Shown here one piece after another: positions 1 through 10,533 of a DNA stretch of 32,000 bases. Positions within the stretch are counted from its first letter, which is position 1, and every line of letters begins with the position of its first letter. The notes under the pieces were generated by a model that saw only the letters and a list, made by a program, of their open reading frames with translations, had not been told where the DNA came from and did not search any database. The stretch is from Delftia acidovorans NBRC 14950 (GTDB lineage: Bacteria; Pseudomonadota; Gammaproteobacteria; Burkholderiales; Burkholderiaceae_C), in the NCBI RefSeq assembly GCF_001598795.1, contig NZ_BCZP01000018.1, forward strand, positions 1 through 32,000, given 5' to 3'. Made by a program: the position numbers and the translations under genes.

Positions 1-264
1 GTCATTGGGAATGCCGTGGCAGACCACATGGTTGACCGAGGTGCACAGGTGTCCGGGGTAGGGAGGGTAGCCGGGCGGCTGGTAGCCGATGGTGGCGGAG
101 ACCGTGCCCTGCTGCGCCATGCATTCGGCGCCCAGGCGGTCGATCTCGGCCGTGGTGATGCCGGGCTTGATGTGGGGGGTGATGTAGTCCAGCACTTCCG
201 AAGCCAGGCGGCAGGCCACGCGCATGGCTGCGATGTCTTCAGCGCTCTTAATGGTGATGCTCAT
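1..264 (-). CDS. map: Methionine aminopeptidase type I, N-terminal 88 codons (gene runs off the left edge)
   Basis: Reverse-strand translation from ATG (262-264) reads MSITIKSAEDIAAMRVACRLASEVLDYITPHIKPGITTAEIDRL...TSVNHVVCHGIPND. This is collinear with the E. coli Map N-terminus (recalled as MAISIKTPEDIEKMRVAGRLAAEVL...NEVVCHGIP). It is absent from the ORF track because it is open at the window edge. Confidence 0.92.
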   Translation of the reverse strand, partial: MSITIKSAEDIAAMRVACRLASEVLDYITPHIKPGITTAEIDRLGAECMAQQGTVSATIGYQPPGYPPYPGHLCTSVNHVVCHGIPND

Positions 265-441
265 GCCCGCAATTATCCCATTGCGCCTTCGGGCGTGCAG
301 GGGTAAGGGGCGGCTGTCGCCATCGGGACGGCTCAGCCCGGTAAAATAGCGGCCTCACCGATTCAGCGCCTTGCAGCCAGCCCCCGGAGGGCGGGGCCGC
401 AGGGCGCTTTTCACAAGCCTCCTCACCCAACAGGCCGCCAC

Positions 442-3400
442 GTGACCTTGCATCTGACACAGTTGGAGGGTGGAAACGCTCTCAGCTCGTTCCGCGCCCA
501 GCAGCTCCTGACCGAACTGGTCTCCATCCATCCCAAAATCACCGGCATTGCCGCGCGCTTCGTGCACCTGGTGGCCACGGACGCCGCACCCACGCCCGCA
601 TTGCAAGAGCGCCTCCAGGCGCTCTTGACCTATGGAGACCCCTATGAAGGCCCGGCCGACGGTGCCGCCCTGGTGGTCACGCCGCGCCTGGGAACGATCT
701 CCCCCTGGGCCTCCAAGGCCACGGACATTGCCCGCAACTGCGGCCTGGGCGTGTTCCGCGTGGAGCGCATCACCGAATACCGCATCGCCTTCAAGACCGG
801 GCTGCTGAGCAATGTGCTGGGCAGCGCGCCTGAGCTTTCGGCCGAGCAGACTGCACGGATCGCCGCCTTGCTGCACGACCGCATGACCGAGTCGGTCTTC
901 GCCACGCGCGCCGAGGCCGAGCAACTGTTCTCCGCCCTGGACGCCGCTCCCATGGAGTTCGTCGATGTGCTGGGCGGCGGCCGCGCCGCGCTGGAGACTG
1001 CCAACCGCCAATGGGGCCTGGCCCTGGCCGACGACGAGATCGACTACCTGGTCGATGCCTTCAAGGGCCTCAAGCGCAATCCCACGGACGTGGAGCTGAT
1101 GATGTTCGCGCAGGCCAACAGCGAGCACTGCCGCCACAAGATCTTCAACGCCCAGTTCACCATCGACGGCGTGGCCCAGGACAAGAGCCTGTTCGGCATG
1201 ATCCGCAACACGCACCAGGTCTCGCCCCAGCACACGGTGGTGGCTTATTCGGACAACGCCTCCATCATGGAAGGCCATGAGGTCGAGCGCTTCGTCGCCA
1301 CCTTCGAGGCGGCCCTGGACAAGATCAAGGCGCCCAGCTACCAGAAGAAGCAGGCCGTCAACCACGTGCTGATGAAGGTGGAGACGCACAACCACCCCAC
1401 GGCCATCTCCCCTTTCCCCGGCGCATCGACCGGCGCGGGCGGCGAGATCCGCGACGAAGGCGCCACGGGCCGCGGCTCCAAGCCCAAGGCCGGCCTGTCG
1501 GGCTTCACGGTCTCCAAGCTGTGGGGCAGCGAAGTGGGCAAGCCCGAGCACATCGCCAGCCCGCTGCAGATCATGATCGAGGGCCCGCTCGGTGGCGCGG
1601 CCTTCAACAACGAATTCGGCCGTCCCAACCTGACCGGCTATTTCCGCGAGTACGAGCAGCAGGTCGGCGTGGGTGCCGATGCCGTGATGCGCGGCTACCA
1701 CAAGCCCATCATGATCGCGGGCGGCCTGGGCGTGATCGACTCCGAGCTGACTCAGAAGATCGAATTCCCCGCCGGCACCCTGCTGATCCAGCTGGGTGGC
1801 CCCGGCATGCGCATCGGCATGGGCGGCGGCGCTGCCAGCTCCATGGCCAGCGGCACGAACGCGGCCGAGCTGGACTTCGACTCCGTGCAGCGCGGCAATC
1901 CCGAGATCGAGCGCCGCGCCCAGGAAGTCATCAACCACTGCTGGGCCCAGGGCGACAAGAACCCCATCCTGGCCATCCACGACGTGGGTGCCGGCGGCCT
2001 GTCCAATGCCTTCCCTGAGCTGACCAACGATGCGGGCCGTGGCGCGCGCTTTGACCTGCGCGCCGTCAACCTGGAGGAATCCGGCCTGGCGCCCAAGGAA
2101 ATCTGGTCCAACGAAAGCCAGGAACGCTATGTGATGGCCATCGCTCCCGAATCGCTGGCCGAGTTCAAGGCCTTTTGCGAGCGTGAGCGCTGCCCGTTTG
2201 CCGTGATCGGCACGGCCACGGAAGAACGCCAGCTGGTGCTGGAGGACACGGCGGTGGCCTCGGGCGACCAGAAGTTCCCCGTGGACATGCCCATGAACGT
2301 GCTGCTGGGCAAGCCGCCCAAGATGCACCGCGACGTGGCCACCGTGCAGCGCGAGTTGCCGCCCATGGACCTGACCGGCGTGCCTCTGGAAAAGGCCGTG
2401 ATCGACGTGCTGGCCCACCCCACCGTGGCCTCCAAGCGTTTCCTGATCACCATTGGCGACCGCGCCGTGGGCGGTCTCACGCACCGCGACCAGATGGTCG
2501 GCCCCTGGCAGGTGCCCGTGGCCGACGTGGCCGTGACCCTGGCCGACTACCGTGGCTTCAAGGGCGAGGCCATGGCCATGGGCGAGCGCACGCCGCTGGC
2601 CTCCATCAACGCCCCGGCGTCGGGACGCATGGCCGTGGCCGAGGCCATCACCAACATGCTGGCCGCGCCCATCGAGCTGTCCAAGGTCAAGATGTCGGCC
2701 AACTGGATGGCGGCTTGCGGCGAGCCCGGCGAAGACGCGGCGCTCTACGCCACCGTCAAGGCCGTGGGCATGGAGCTGTGCCCGCAGCTGGACATCTCTA
2801 TCCCCGTGGGCAAGGACAGCCTGTCCATGCGCACCCAGTGGAACGAGGGCGGCCAGGTCAAGAAGGTGACCTCGCCCGTCAGCCTGATCATCACGGGCTT
2901 CGCCTCCATCGACGATGTGCGCGGCACGCTCACGCCCCAGCTGGACGCCACGGAAGACGACAGCACCCTGGTCCTGGTGGACCTGGGCCACGGCAAGATG
3001 CGCATGGGCGGCTCCATCCTGGGCCAGGTGCTGGGCCAGTCCGGCAATGAAACGCCTGACCTCGATGACGCCAAGGACCTGATCGCCCTGGTCGATGCCG
3101 TCAACGACCTGCGCGCCAAGGGCCAGATCCTGGCCTACCACGACAAGGGCGACGGCGGCCTGCTGGCCACCGTGGCCGAGATGGCCTTTGCCGGCCATGT
3201 GGGCGTGGCCATCAACGTGGACATGCTGGTCACCGAAGGTGACGGCATCAGCGACAGCCGCATGGACTCGGGCGAAGGCAAGAACTGGGCCTCCCAGATC
3301 AGCGGCCGCCGCGACGACATGACGCTGCGCGCACTGTTCAACGAAGAGCTGGGCGCCGTGCTGCAGATCCGCACGGCAGACCGCGCCGCCGTGCTGCAGA

Positions 3401-4476
3401 CCCTGCGCGAGCATGGCCTGTCCACCTGCAGCCACATCATCGGCAAGACGCGCCCCGTCTCGTCCAAGGTCGATGCGGGCAAGGGCGAACTGCAGGTCTG
3501 GCGCGATGCCAAGTCCGTCTTCGGCGCCTCGCTCAGCGACCTGCACCAGGTCTGGGATGCCGTCAGCTGGAAGATTGCCCAGCAGCGCGACAACCCGGCC
3601 TGCGCCGACAGCGAGCACGCCGCAGCCGGCGAGCCTGCCGACCCCGGCATGCACCTGCACCTGACGTTCGACCCGGCCGAGAACCCCGCCGCACCCTTCC
3701 TGAACCTGGGCGCGCGCCCCCGCGTGGCCGTGCTGCGCGAGCAGGGCGTGAACTCCCATGTGGAAATGGCCTACGCCTTCACCGAAGCCGGCTTCGACGC
3801 GGTGGACGTGCACATGACCGACCTGCAAAGCGGCCGTGCGCAGCTGCAGGACTTCGCCGGCGTGGTGGCCTGCGGCGGCTTCAGCTACGGCGACACGCTG
3901 GGCGCCGGCATCGGCTGGGCGCGCTCCATCACCTTCAACGACAGCCTGTCCGCGCAGTTCCAGCAGTTCTTCGGCCGCAGCGACACCTTCGGCCTGGGCG
4001 TGTGCAACGGCTGCCAGATGTTTGCCGAGCTGGCCGACATCATTCCCGGTGCCCAGGACTGGCCGCGTTTCACGCAGAACCAGAGCAACCGCTTCGAGGC
4101 GCGCCTGTCCATGGTGGAAGTGCTGGAGTCGCCCAGCCTGTTCCTGCAGGGCATGGCCGGCAGCCGCCTGCCCATCGCCGTGGCCCACGGCGAAGGCTTT
4201 GCCAACTTCCGCTTCCGCGGCAATGCGGACAAGGCCATCGCCTCCATGCGCTATGTGGACAACCACGGCAAGGCCACCGAGCAGTACCCGTTCAACCCCA
4301 ACGGATCGGCCGGCGGCCTGACGGCAGTGACCACGGCCGATGGCCGCTTCACGGCCATGATGCCCCACCCCGAGCGCGTGTTCCGCAACGTGCAGATGAG
4401 CTGGACCAACGGCGACAAGTCGGAATTCAGCCCCTGGATGCGCGTGTGGCGCAACGCCCGCAAGTGGCTGGGTTGA
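442..4476 (+). CDS. purL: Phosphoribosylformylglycinamidine (FGAM) synthase, single-chain large form
   Basis: 1344-aa ORF with a GTG start. The N-terminus [16 protein letters not shown] matches the PurL pattern. PurM-like motifs are present ([41 protein letters not shown]), as is a C-terminal glutamine amidotransferase ([16 protein letters not shown]). Confidence 0.98.
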   Translation: MTLHLTQLEGGNALSSFRAQQLLTELVSIHPKITGIAARFVHLVATDAAPTPALQERLQALLTYGDPYEGPADGAALVVTPRLGTISPWASKATDIARNCGLGVFRVERITEYRIAFKTGLLSNVLGSAPELSAEQTARIAALLHDRMTESVFATRAEAEQLFSALDAAPMEFVDVLGGGRAALETANRQWGLALADDEIDYLVDAFKGLKRNPTDVELMMFAQANSEHCRHKIFNAQFTIDGVAQDKSLFGMIRNTHQVSPQHTVVAYSDNASIMEGHEVERFVATFEAALDKIKAPSYQKKQAVNHVLMKVETHNHPTAISPFPGASTGAGGEIRDEGATGRGSKPKAGLSGFTVSKLWGSEVGKPEHIASPLQIMIEGPLGGAAFNNEFGRPNLTGYFREYEQQVGVGADAVMRGYHKPIMIAGGLGVIDSELTQKIEFPAGTLLIQLGGPGMRIGMGGGAASSMASGTNAAELDFDSVQRGNPEIERRAQEVINHCWAQGDKNPILAIHDVGAGGLSNAFPELTNDAGRGARFDLRAVNLEESGLAPKEIWSNESQERYVMAIAPESLAEFKAFCERERCPFAVIGTATEERQLVLEDTAVASGDQKFPVDMPMNVLLGKPPKMHRDVATVQRELPPMDLTGVPLEKAVIDVLAHPTVASKRFLITIGDRAVGGLTHRDQMVGPWQVPVADVAVTLADYRGFKGEAMAMGERTPLASINAPASGRMAVAEAITNMLAAPIELSKVKMSANWMAACGEPGEDAALYATVKAVGMELCPQLDISIPVGKDSLSMRTQWNEGGQVKKVTSPVSLIITGFASIDDVRGTLTPQLDATEDDSTLVLVDLGHGKMRMGGSILGQVLGQSGNETPDLDDAKDLIALVDAVNDLRAKGQILAYHDKGDGGLLATVAEMAFAGHVGVAINVDMLVTEGDGISDSRMDSGEGKNWASQISGRRDDMTLRALFNEELGAVLQIRTADRAAVLQTLREHGLSTCSHIIGKTRPVSSKVDAGKGELQVWRDAKSVFGASLSDLHQVWDAVSWKIAQQRDNPACADSEHAAAGEPADPGMHLHLTFDPAENPAAPFLNLGARPRVAVLREQGVNSHVEMAYAFTEAGFDAVDVHMTDLQSGRAQLQDFAGVVACGGFSYGDTLGAGIGWARSITFNDSLSAQFQQFFGRSDTFGLGVCNGCQMFAELADIIPGAQDWPRFTQNQSNRFEARLSMVEVLESPSLFLQGMAGSRLPIAVAHGEGFANFRFRGNADKAIASMRYVDNHGKATEQYPFNPNGSAGGLTAVTTADGRFTAMMPHPERVFRNVQMSWTNGDKSEFSPWMRVWRNARKWLG

Positions 4477-4503
4477 TGCACTGAGCGACGCTGCAAAGCA
4501 GAC

Positions 4504-4531
4504 AAAGGCCCTTCGGGGCCTTTTCTTTTTT
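4504..4531 (+). terminator. Rho-independent terminator after purL
   Basis: AAAGGCCC-TTCG-GGGCCTTT hairpin (8-bp stem, tetraloop) followed by a T-rich run (TCTTTTTTCTGTTTCTTTTT). It lies between convergent purL and the TIGR03915-like gene. Confidence 0.85.
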
Positions 4532-4554
4532 CTGTTTCTTTTTGGCGGCTGCCG

Positions 4555-5394
4555 TTACGGCGCCAGCATCTGCGCCGTGCGCGCGCGGGCCTGCTGGACC
4601 AGGGTGGAGATCAGCACCGTCTCGGGCAGGTTGTGCCAGTAGCGGCGCGGCATCTCGCGCAGCATGGCCTGCTCCTTCAGGCGCGCCGGGTTGAAGGTGC
4701 TGGCGTAGTAGGTCAGCCACAGGGCCTCGCCCGCGTCGGCTGGCGGGGCATCGCTGCGGCGCGCGCCGGGCGCCAGGCGCAGCGCATGGCCGTCCCAGTG
4801 CGCGCTGCACTGCGGCGTGAGGATGGCCCAGTGCATGTTGGCAAAGCGCTTGCAGAAGAAGGGCGCTGCCGCGCGCACGATGTGGTGCTCGGGCTCGAAC
4901 CAGGCGATGTGCAGCTCGGGCAGGTTCTGCCGCTGTGTCGTCCGAAAGCGCACGAAGGCGTGCATCTTGTGGATCTCGCGCGAGACGGGGCGGGCCAGGG
5001 CCTCGATGGCGCGCCAGTCCGCATCCAGCGCATCCAGCCGCAGTTCGGGCCGGGCCTGCATGCGCGCCAGCCAGCGGTGGCATAGCTCGAAGCGGCCCGC
5101 CGCGTGGTGCATGCAGGCATGGCGCAGCGCGGACATCTGGGTGTCAGACAGGGACAGCCCTGCCTCGCCGGGGCCGGCCAGCCCGGCGAGTGCCGAGGCG
5201 GGCATGGCCTGTTCCGGCGCGCTGGAAAACAGGTCCACGCCCGCGCCGAGTTGCTGCGCACCCCGCGTGTCGGGCCACCGCCAGCGCACCACAGCGGGGT
5301 CGGCGCCATGGGCCAGCAGCGCCCGGCAGGCTGCGCGAAAGCCGGGCCAGTCGTCGGGGCTGTCGAGTTCGATGGTGAGAGCCTGTGCTTGCAT
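4555..5394 (-). CDS. TIGR03915/DUF4130-family probable DNA metabolism protein (partner of the radical SAM protein), not fused to a UDG-like domain
   Basis: 279-aa ORF 15 nt downstream of the radical SAM gene, with GGAG 7 nt before the ATG. The C-terminal half (HKMHAFVRFR...WFEPEHHIV...FFCKRFANMHWAILTP...STFNPARLK...M..EMPRRYW.NLPE) matches my recollection of the family that always pairs with TIGR03916. Confidence 0.82.
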   Translation of the reverse strand: MQAQALTIELDSPDDWPGFRAACRALLAHGADPAVVRWRWPDTRGAQQLGAGVDLFSSAPEQAMPASALAGLAGPGEAGLSLSDTQMSALRHACMHHAAGRFELCHRWLARMQARPELRLDALDADWRAIEALARPVSREIHKMHAFVRFRTTQRQNLPELHIAWFEPEHHIVRAAAPFFCKRFANMHWAILTPQCSAHWDGHALRLAPGARRSDAPPADAGEALWLTYYASTFNPARLKEQAMLREMPRRYWHNLPETVLISTLVQQARARTAQMLAP

Positions 5395-5409
5395 GGCGTG
5401 CTCCAGGCT

Positions 5410-6729
5410 TTAGAACAGGCTGGCCTGCAGCGCGCTTTGCACGCGCATGCCGCTGTGCCGTGCCTGGGCCTGGCTGGCCTGCGACTGCGCGATCAGCCGG
5501 GTGCGCAGCGCGGCCGAGTCGGTCTCGCCCAGCAGGGGCCGGTGGCCGTCGATCAGCACGAAGGGCAGGGCCTTTTGCACGGGGGCGCGCAGCCGCAGCA
5601 GATCGTCCAGCCGCAGCCTGCGCACGCGGCGCGCCGCCAGCAGGCGGTCCACCGTCTGCGTGCCCAGGCCCGGCACGCGCAGCAGCAGGCTGCGCGGCGC
5701 ACGGTTGAGGTCCACGGGGAACTGCTGTCGGTTGGCCAGTGCCCAGGCCAGCTTGGGGTCGATCTCCAGGTCCAGCATGCCGTGGCGGCTGGCCGCCGCG
5801 ATCTCGCCCGCCCCGTAGTCGTAAAAGCGCATCAGCCAGTCGGCCTGGTAGAGCCGGTGCTCGCGCATGAGGGGCGGCGCCTGCGGCGGCAGATCGCGCG
5901 AGGCATCGGGAATGGGGCTGAAGGCCGAGTAGTACACGCGGCGCAGGCCGTAGCCCGCATACAGCGTGTGGCTGGATTCGAGGATGTCGGCATCGGTTGC
6001 GCGGTCGGCGCCCACGATCATCTGCGTGCTCTGCCCGCCCGGCGCAAAGCGCGGCACGGCGGCGCGCTGCGCGGGCGCGCCGGGCAGGGACTGCGCCTGG
6101 CGCTGCTCGCGCGTGGCCGCGCGCCAAGCCTGCACATGCCGGTCCACGCCCTGCATGGCCTGGCGTATGCGCTGTCCATCCTTTTCAGGCGCGAACTGCG
6201 CCAGGCCGCTGGCCGTGGGCAGTTCCACATTGATGCTCAGGCGGTCGGCATGGCGGCCTGCCTGGGCCAGCAATTCGGGGGCGGCATCCGGGATGGTCTT
6301 CAGATGGATGTAGCCGCGAAAGTCATGCTCCTCGCGCAGGCGGCGCGCCACTTCCACCAGTTGCTCCATGGTGTAGTCGCTGGAGCGGATGATGCCGCTG
6401 GACAGGAACAATCCCTCGATGCAGTTGCGCCGGTAGAAGTCCAGCGTCAGCTGCACCACCTCGGTCACCGTGAAGCGGGCGCGCTGCACGTTGGAGCTCT
6501 TGCGGTTGATGCAGTAGCGGCAGTCGAAGATGCAGACATTGGTCAGCAGGATCTTGAGCAGCGAGATGCAGCGCCCGTCGGGCGCATAGCTGTGGCAGAT
6601 GCCCATGCCGGTGACCGAGCCCATGCCCTTGCCGTCCAGCGAGTCGCGCCCCTGCGATCCGCTGGAGGCGCAGCTGGCGTCGTACTTGGCGGCGTCGGCG
6701 AGGATGAAAAGTTTGCGTTGCAGCTCCAT
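5410..6729 (-). CDS. Putative DNA modification/repair radical SAM protein (TIGR03916-like)
   Basis: Start chosen at MELQRKLFILADAAKYDASCASSG (ATG 6727-6729); the 91-codon upstream extension in the track crosses the promoter/LexA box. It carries the radical SAM CxxxCxxC motif (NVCIFDCRYC) and a C-terminal helix-hairpin-helix-like LLRVPGLGTQTVDRLL. Confidence 0.9.
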   Translation of the reverse strand: MELQRKLFILADAAKYDASCASSGSQGRDSLDGKGMGSVTGMGICHSYAPDGRCISLLKILLTNVCIFDCRYCINRKSSNVQRARFTVTEVVQLTLDFYRRNCIEGLFLSSGIIRSSDYTMEQLVEVARRLREEHDFRGYIHLKTIPDAAPELLAQAGRHADRLSINVELPTASGLAQFAPEKDGQRIRQAMQGVDRHVQAWRAATREQRQAQSLPGAPAQRAAVPRFAPGGQSTQMIVGADRATDADILESSHTLYAGYGLRRVYYSAFSPIPDASRDLPPQAPPLMREHRLYQADWLMRFYDYGAGEIAAASRHGMLDLEIDPKLAWALANRQQFPVDLNRAPRSLLLRVPGLGTQTVDRLLAARRVRRLRLDDLLRLRAPVQKALPFVLIDGHRPLLGETDSAALRTRLIAQSQASQAQARHSGMRVQSALQASLF

Positions 6730-6731
6730 TG

Positions 6732-6747
6732 CTGTATAAATATACAG
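6732..6747. promoter_or_regulatory. LexA (SOS) box CTGT-N8-ACAG
   Basis: The + strand reads CTGTATAAATATACAG. On the gene strand it reads ATACTGTATATTTATACAGCaATG, close to the E. coli consensus TACTGTATATATATACAGTA. It ends 2 nt before the radical SAM start codon. Confidence 0.8.
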
Positions 6748-7206
6748 TATATTTGCATGGCACGTCCGGTTTTCTGAGAGCCCATCCCCCAGCCAGGGTC
6801 TGGTCCGGCCTTGCCTGGCTGCGGGTCGAGCGCACTGTCGGGCTATCGCAATGGCCAGCGGATTGCAATGGTTGCCAGTGCAATGGAATGAAACCGTTTT
6901 CAGTGCGGAATGAGTGCTTGCTTTCAATCGGTGGCGATGTGCATCGCAGGAAATGGTGAATGCGTGTCTCCTGCGTCTTTCACAATGCCAGAAGGCTGGC
7001 ATGGCTTGGTGCCATCAATGCATGCGCTGATATAGCGCAGCTGGCTGCGCGCCATGGGGTTCCCCATTCATGGGAGAGAGGCTGGGTGTTGTTGTGAATT
7101 GTTTCAAATTGCCGATAACTATTGCTGATAGGCTTTCAGGTTTGCCGGGCAGTGCCGTTTCATTCAATGCGCCCGGCGATGACAAACACTTGGAGAGGGA
7201 GCTTCG

Positions 7207-8652
7207 GTGTCGCGTGTATTAGGAACAGAGAGCGAAGTGCTGGCGCTGTCGCCGGACGCCTCATCCAGCAAGGCCGCCAAGGGCCTGCAATCGCCCGCCA
7301 AATGGCCCGCCATGGGCGCCAATGATGTGGCGGTCTGGGGTGAATGCCAGGGCAGCGGCAGCAAGCCCTACCAGACCCAGGTGGACCTGTCGGGGCCTTC
7401 CTTCAAATGCTCTTGCCCCAGCCGCAAATTCCCCTGCAAGCACGGGCTGGCGCTGATGCTGATGCGTGCCGGCGGGCAAGTCCCCGAAGGCGTTGATCCG
7501 CCCGCCTGGGTGCAGACCTGGCTGGACAGCCGCCAGGAAAAGGCCGAGAAGAAAGAGGCCAAGGCTGCCGCCGCAGCGGCCGAGCCGCCACCCGATCCCG
7601 AGGTCGCGGCCAAACAGCAGGCCAGGCGCGAAGACAAGCGCTGGGACAAGGTCGAAGCCGGCCTGCAGGAACTGTCGCTGTGGATGCAGGACATGGTGCG
7701 TGCGGGCCTGGCCAACCAGGCCAGCGACACGCAGATGCGCCAGCGCTGGAACAACATGGCCGCGCGCATGGTCGATGCGCAGGCCACGGGCATGGCGGCG
7801 CGCATCAAGGATTGCCGGGATCTGGTGGACAGCCACCGAGACTGGCCGCGCGACATGCTGGTGCAGCTGGGCCACTGGCAGTTGATCATCGACGCCGTGC
7901 GCCGCCGCGAATCGCTCAGCCCCGAGGTCAAGGCCGACGTGATGGCCGCGCTGGGCTGGCCCATGGACAAGGCCGAGGTGCAGGCCAGGGGCCAACTGGT
8001 CGAGGACGAATGGCTGGTGGCCGGCCTGCGCATGATCGAGCGCGAAGGCCGGCTCATGGAGCGGCGCGTCTGGCTGCAGGGCCAGCGCACGGGGCGCATG
8101 GCCCTGGTGCTGGACTATGCGCAGGGCGGCCGCGGCTTTGAATCGGCCTGGGTGCCGGGCCATCGCTACGGCTGCGCGCTGAATTTCTATCCGGGCCATG
8201 CGCCGCTGCGCGCCATTGCGGCCAATGGCAACGGGCCTGCGCTGCCTGCCGATGGCGCCAGCCCGCTGGCCACCTCGGCCGTGGGCGACGTCCTGCAACG
8301 GCTGGGCCAGCGCATTGCCGCCAACCCGCTGCAGGCCACGCAGCCGCTGTGCCAGGACCGGCTGCGGCTGGTGCCCGCCCAGGGCCAGTGGTTCGCGGCC
8401 TGGCCCCAAGCGCTGGATGCATCGCCGGTCACCCCTGGCACGGCGGCGCCAGTGCAGCCCGTTCCCGTGGCGATTGACGATGCCGAGGCCTGGCGCCTGC
8501 TGGCGCTCAGCGGCGGTGCGCCCATGCAGCTGTTTGGCGAATGGGAGCCCGGCCCGGCCGTGGGCCGCTGGCGGCTGCTGAGCGCCTGGCAGGCCCGCGA
8601 GGGTGAAACCGCCCAGCAATGTATCTGGCAGAACCAGGGTGATCCGGTATGA
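7207..8652 (+). CDS. SWIM zinc-finger family protein (first gene of the five-gene cluster)
   Basis: 481 aa with a GTG start preceded by GGAGAGGGAG (7192-7201). SWIM CxCxnCxH motif FKCSCPSRKFPCKH (nt 7408-7443), followed by a K/E/A-rich charged linker. The stop overlaps the next start (ATGA at 8649-8652). Confidence 0.85.
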   Translation: MSRVLGTESEVLALSPDASSSKAAKGLQSPAKWPAMGANDVAVWGECQGSGSKPYQTQVDLSGPSFKCSCPSRKFPCKHGLALMLMRAGGQVPEGVDPPAWVQTWLDSRQEKAEKKEAKAAAAAAEPPPDPEVAAKQQARREDKRWDKVEAGLQELSLWMQDMVRAGLANQASDTQMRQRWNNMAARMVDAQATGMAARIKDCRDLVDSHRDWPRDMLVQLGHWQLIIDAVRRRESLSPEVKADVMAALGWPMDKAEVQARGQLVEDEWLVAGLRMIEREGRLMERRVWLQGQRTGRMALVLDYAQGGRGFESAWVPGHRYGCALNFYPGHAPLRAIAANGNGPALPADGASPLATSAVGDVLQRLGQRIAANPLQATQPLCQDRLRLVPAQGQWFAAWPQALDASPVTPGTAAPVQPVPVAIDDAEAWRLLALSGGAPMQLFGEWEPGPAVGRWRLLSAWQAREGETAQQCIWQNQGDPV

Positions 8653-10463
8653 GCAACGCACAACTTTGGGCTGCGCTGCAGCAATCGGCCATGGTCGGCT
8701 CGGACCGGCTGGCCGTGCCGCCTGCGCTGGCTTCGGGCGTGGACCCGTCCGCAAGCGGGTCGCAGCAGGCCGTGCAGGCCGCGCTGCTGCCCCGCGCTGA
8801 TGTGGCCGGTGACTCGCCCGCCCAGCAACTGCTGCGCGCCAGCGCCGTGGCGGCCGTGTTCGAGCGGGCCGGCTGGCAGCCTGGCGCGCAGGTGCGCCTG
8901 ACGGCACCGCTGGCCGTGCCGGCCGCCGCGCCTGCGGAGTCGCGCACCGCGCCTGCCGATGCGCGCCTGCACACCCTGATGGGCGACGTGCTCAAGGACG
9001 GCCCGTTCGAGCTGCAGGCCTCCATGCTGCGCACCCTGGACCAGGCCGGCCAGCGCCTGCCCCACGATCTGCTGGTGCCTGCGCTGGAGCAGGGCCGCCA
9101 GTCCGTGGAACTGCGCCAGTGGCTGGCCCCCGTGCTGGGCGAGCGCGGACGCTGGCTGGGCACGCTCAACCCGCAATGGGGCTATGCCAGCGGCGTGGAG
9201 GAAACCGCCGACCCCGAACTGGTCTGGCAGGAGGGCTCGGTGGAGCAGCGCGTGGCCCTGCTGCGCAGCGAGCGCGCAACCGATGCCGCCAAGGCCCGCA
9301 CGCGGCTGGAAGGCAGCCTGAAGGAGCTGGGCGCCAAGGAGCGCCTGCCCCTGGTCCAGGCCCTGGCCGTCGGGCTGGGCATGGACGATGAGCCGCTGCT
9401 CGAAAAACTGCTGTCCGACCGCAGCAAGGAGATCCGCGAGAACGCCGCGCAAATGCTCTCGTGCCTGCCGGACAGCGCGCACAGCCAGCGCGTCATGGGC
9501 TGGATGCAGTCCATGCTGCAGCAGGACGACAAGGGCCAGTGGATCGTGGAGCCTCCCGAAGAAGGCCTCAAGGAATGGGAGCGCGACGGCATCACGCTCA
9601 AGCCCGACGCCTACCACCGTGGCGGCAAGAAGGCCTGGCTGCTCGAGCAGATGGTGCAGCTCACGCCTGTGTCCTTCTGGACCCGCGCCCTGGGCCTGAC
9701 GCCCTTGGAAGTGATGGAGTGGAGCCGGCGCAGCGACTGGAAGTCCTCGCTGCGCCAGGGCTGGGTGCGGGCCCTGCAGTACCAGTTGGACGTGGAATGG
9801 ATCGATGCCGCCCAGACCATGGGCCGCGACATGCGCCACGACGCGCTCCTGCCCGCCCTCATGGCCCGGTTGTCCCGCGAGGAACGCGAGTCCCGCTGGA
9901 TTGCCCAGTTCGAGCGCGACAGGCACAAGCTCATCGATGCCATCGAAGGCATGTCCCAGTCGCTGGGCGGCGCCGAACTGCTCTCGCCCGCGCTGTCGGC
10001 GCGGCTGACCGAGGCACTGCACGTGGCCGTGGGCGGCAAGCAGATCACGGGCAACTGGCACAGCTACCGCGCCGACCAGGCCCTGCTGTCCTGTGCGCGC
10101 ATGCTGGACGTGACCGCGCTGGAGCGCTTTGCCGACCTTTGGCGCAAGCCCTCGGTGTTGGATGCGCAACCCGAGCCTGAGCCCGAGCCGCAGACCGAAC
10201 CTGCGGCAGATGCCGGCGCGGCATCTGCATCGGCATCGGTATCCGTAGCAGCTGCAGCAGCAGTCACGGCCACCGCTGCCGCCACAGCCGCTGCAGTTGC
10301 CGCACCTGCAAGCATTCCCCTCACGCCCCAGCAGCAGGCGCGCCTCGAACGCAGCCGCGTGCGGCCCTGGGATGAAGAGCGCATGCGCGGCCATCTGGAG
10401 CGCATCGTCGATCTGCGCCTGGGCCTGCACCAGGCCTTTGTTGCCCTGCGCGGCCCGGCCTGA
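8649..10463 (+). CDS. DUF5691-like protein with HEAT-like repeats and a C-terminal low-complexity PE/Ala-rich tract
   Basis: 604-aa ORF translationally coupled to the SWIM gene. HEAT-like segment LLSDRSKEIRENAAQMLSCLPDS. The family name rests on recalled co-occurrence with SWIM/AAA/DUF5682/VWA genes and was not verified by search. Confidence 0.7.
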   Translation: MSNAQLWAALQQSAMVGSDRLAVPPALASGVDPSASGSQQAVQAALLPRADVAGDSPAQQLLRASAVAAVFERAGWQPGAQVRLTAPLAVPAAAPAESRTAPADARLHTLMGDVLKDGPFELQASMLRTLDQAGQRLPHDLLVPALEQGRQSVELRQWLAPVLGERGRWLGTLNPQWGYASGVEETADPELVWQEGSVEQRVALLRSERATDAAKARTRLEGSLKELGAKERLPLVQALAVGLGMDDEPLLEKLLSDRSKEIRENAAQMLSCLPDSAHSQRVMGWMQSMLQQDDKGQWIVEPPEEGLKEWERDGITLKPDAYHRGGKKAWLLEQMVQLTPVSFWTRALGLTPLEVMEWSRRSDWKSSLRQGWVRALQYQLDVEWIDAAQTMGRDMRHDALLPALMARLSREERESRWIAQFERDRHKLIDAIEGMSQSLGGAELLSPALSARLTEALHVAVGGKQITGNWHSYRADQALLSCARMLDVTALERFADLWRKPSVLDAQPEPEPEPQTEPAADAGAASASASVSVAAAAAVTATAAATAAAVAAPASIPLTPQQQARLERSRVRPWDEERMRGHLERIVDLRLGLHQAFVALRGPA

Positions 10464-10533
10464 GCCGCGCCCGTCCTGCCGCATACCCCGAACCGAACCG
10501 AATCCAACCCTTACCCCTTCCCGGAAGCACACC

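Noticed and set aside
355-4368. 1337-aa ORF antisense to purL
   Set aside because: This is a mirror-strand ORF typical of high-GC DNA. Its product is Ala/Gly/Arg/His-rich low complexity with no motif, whereas the + strand encodes an unmistakable full-length PurL.
5104-6777. 557-aa + strand ORF across the radical SAM gene
   Set aside because: It is antisense to a gene with a canonical CxxxCxxC radical SAM motif, has no motifs of its own, and would run through the LexA box/promoter.
6730-7002. Upstream extension of the radical SAM ORF (start 7002), and metY extension to 31457
   Set aside because: Both extensions run into promoter or leader DNA and add residues not present in family N-termini. 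Internal ATGs give canonical N-termini (MELQRKLF..., [12 protein letters not shown]...).
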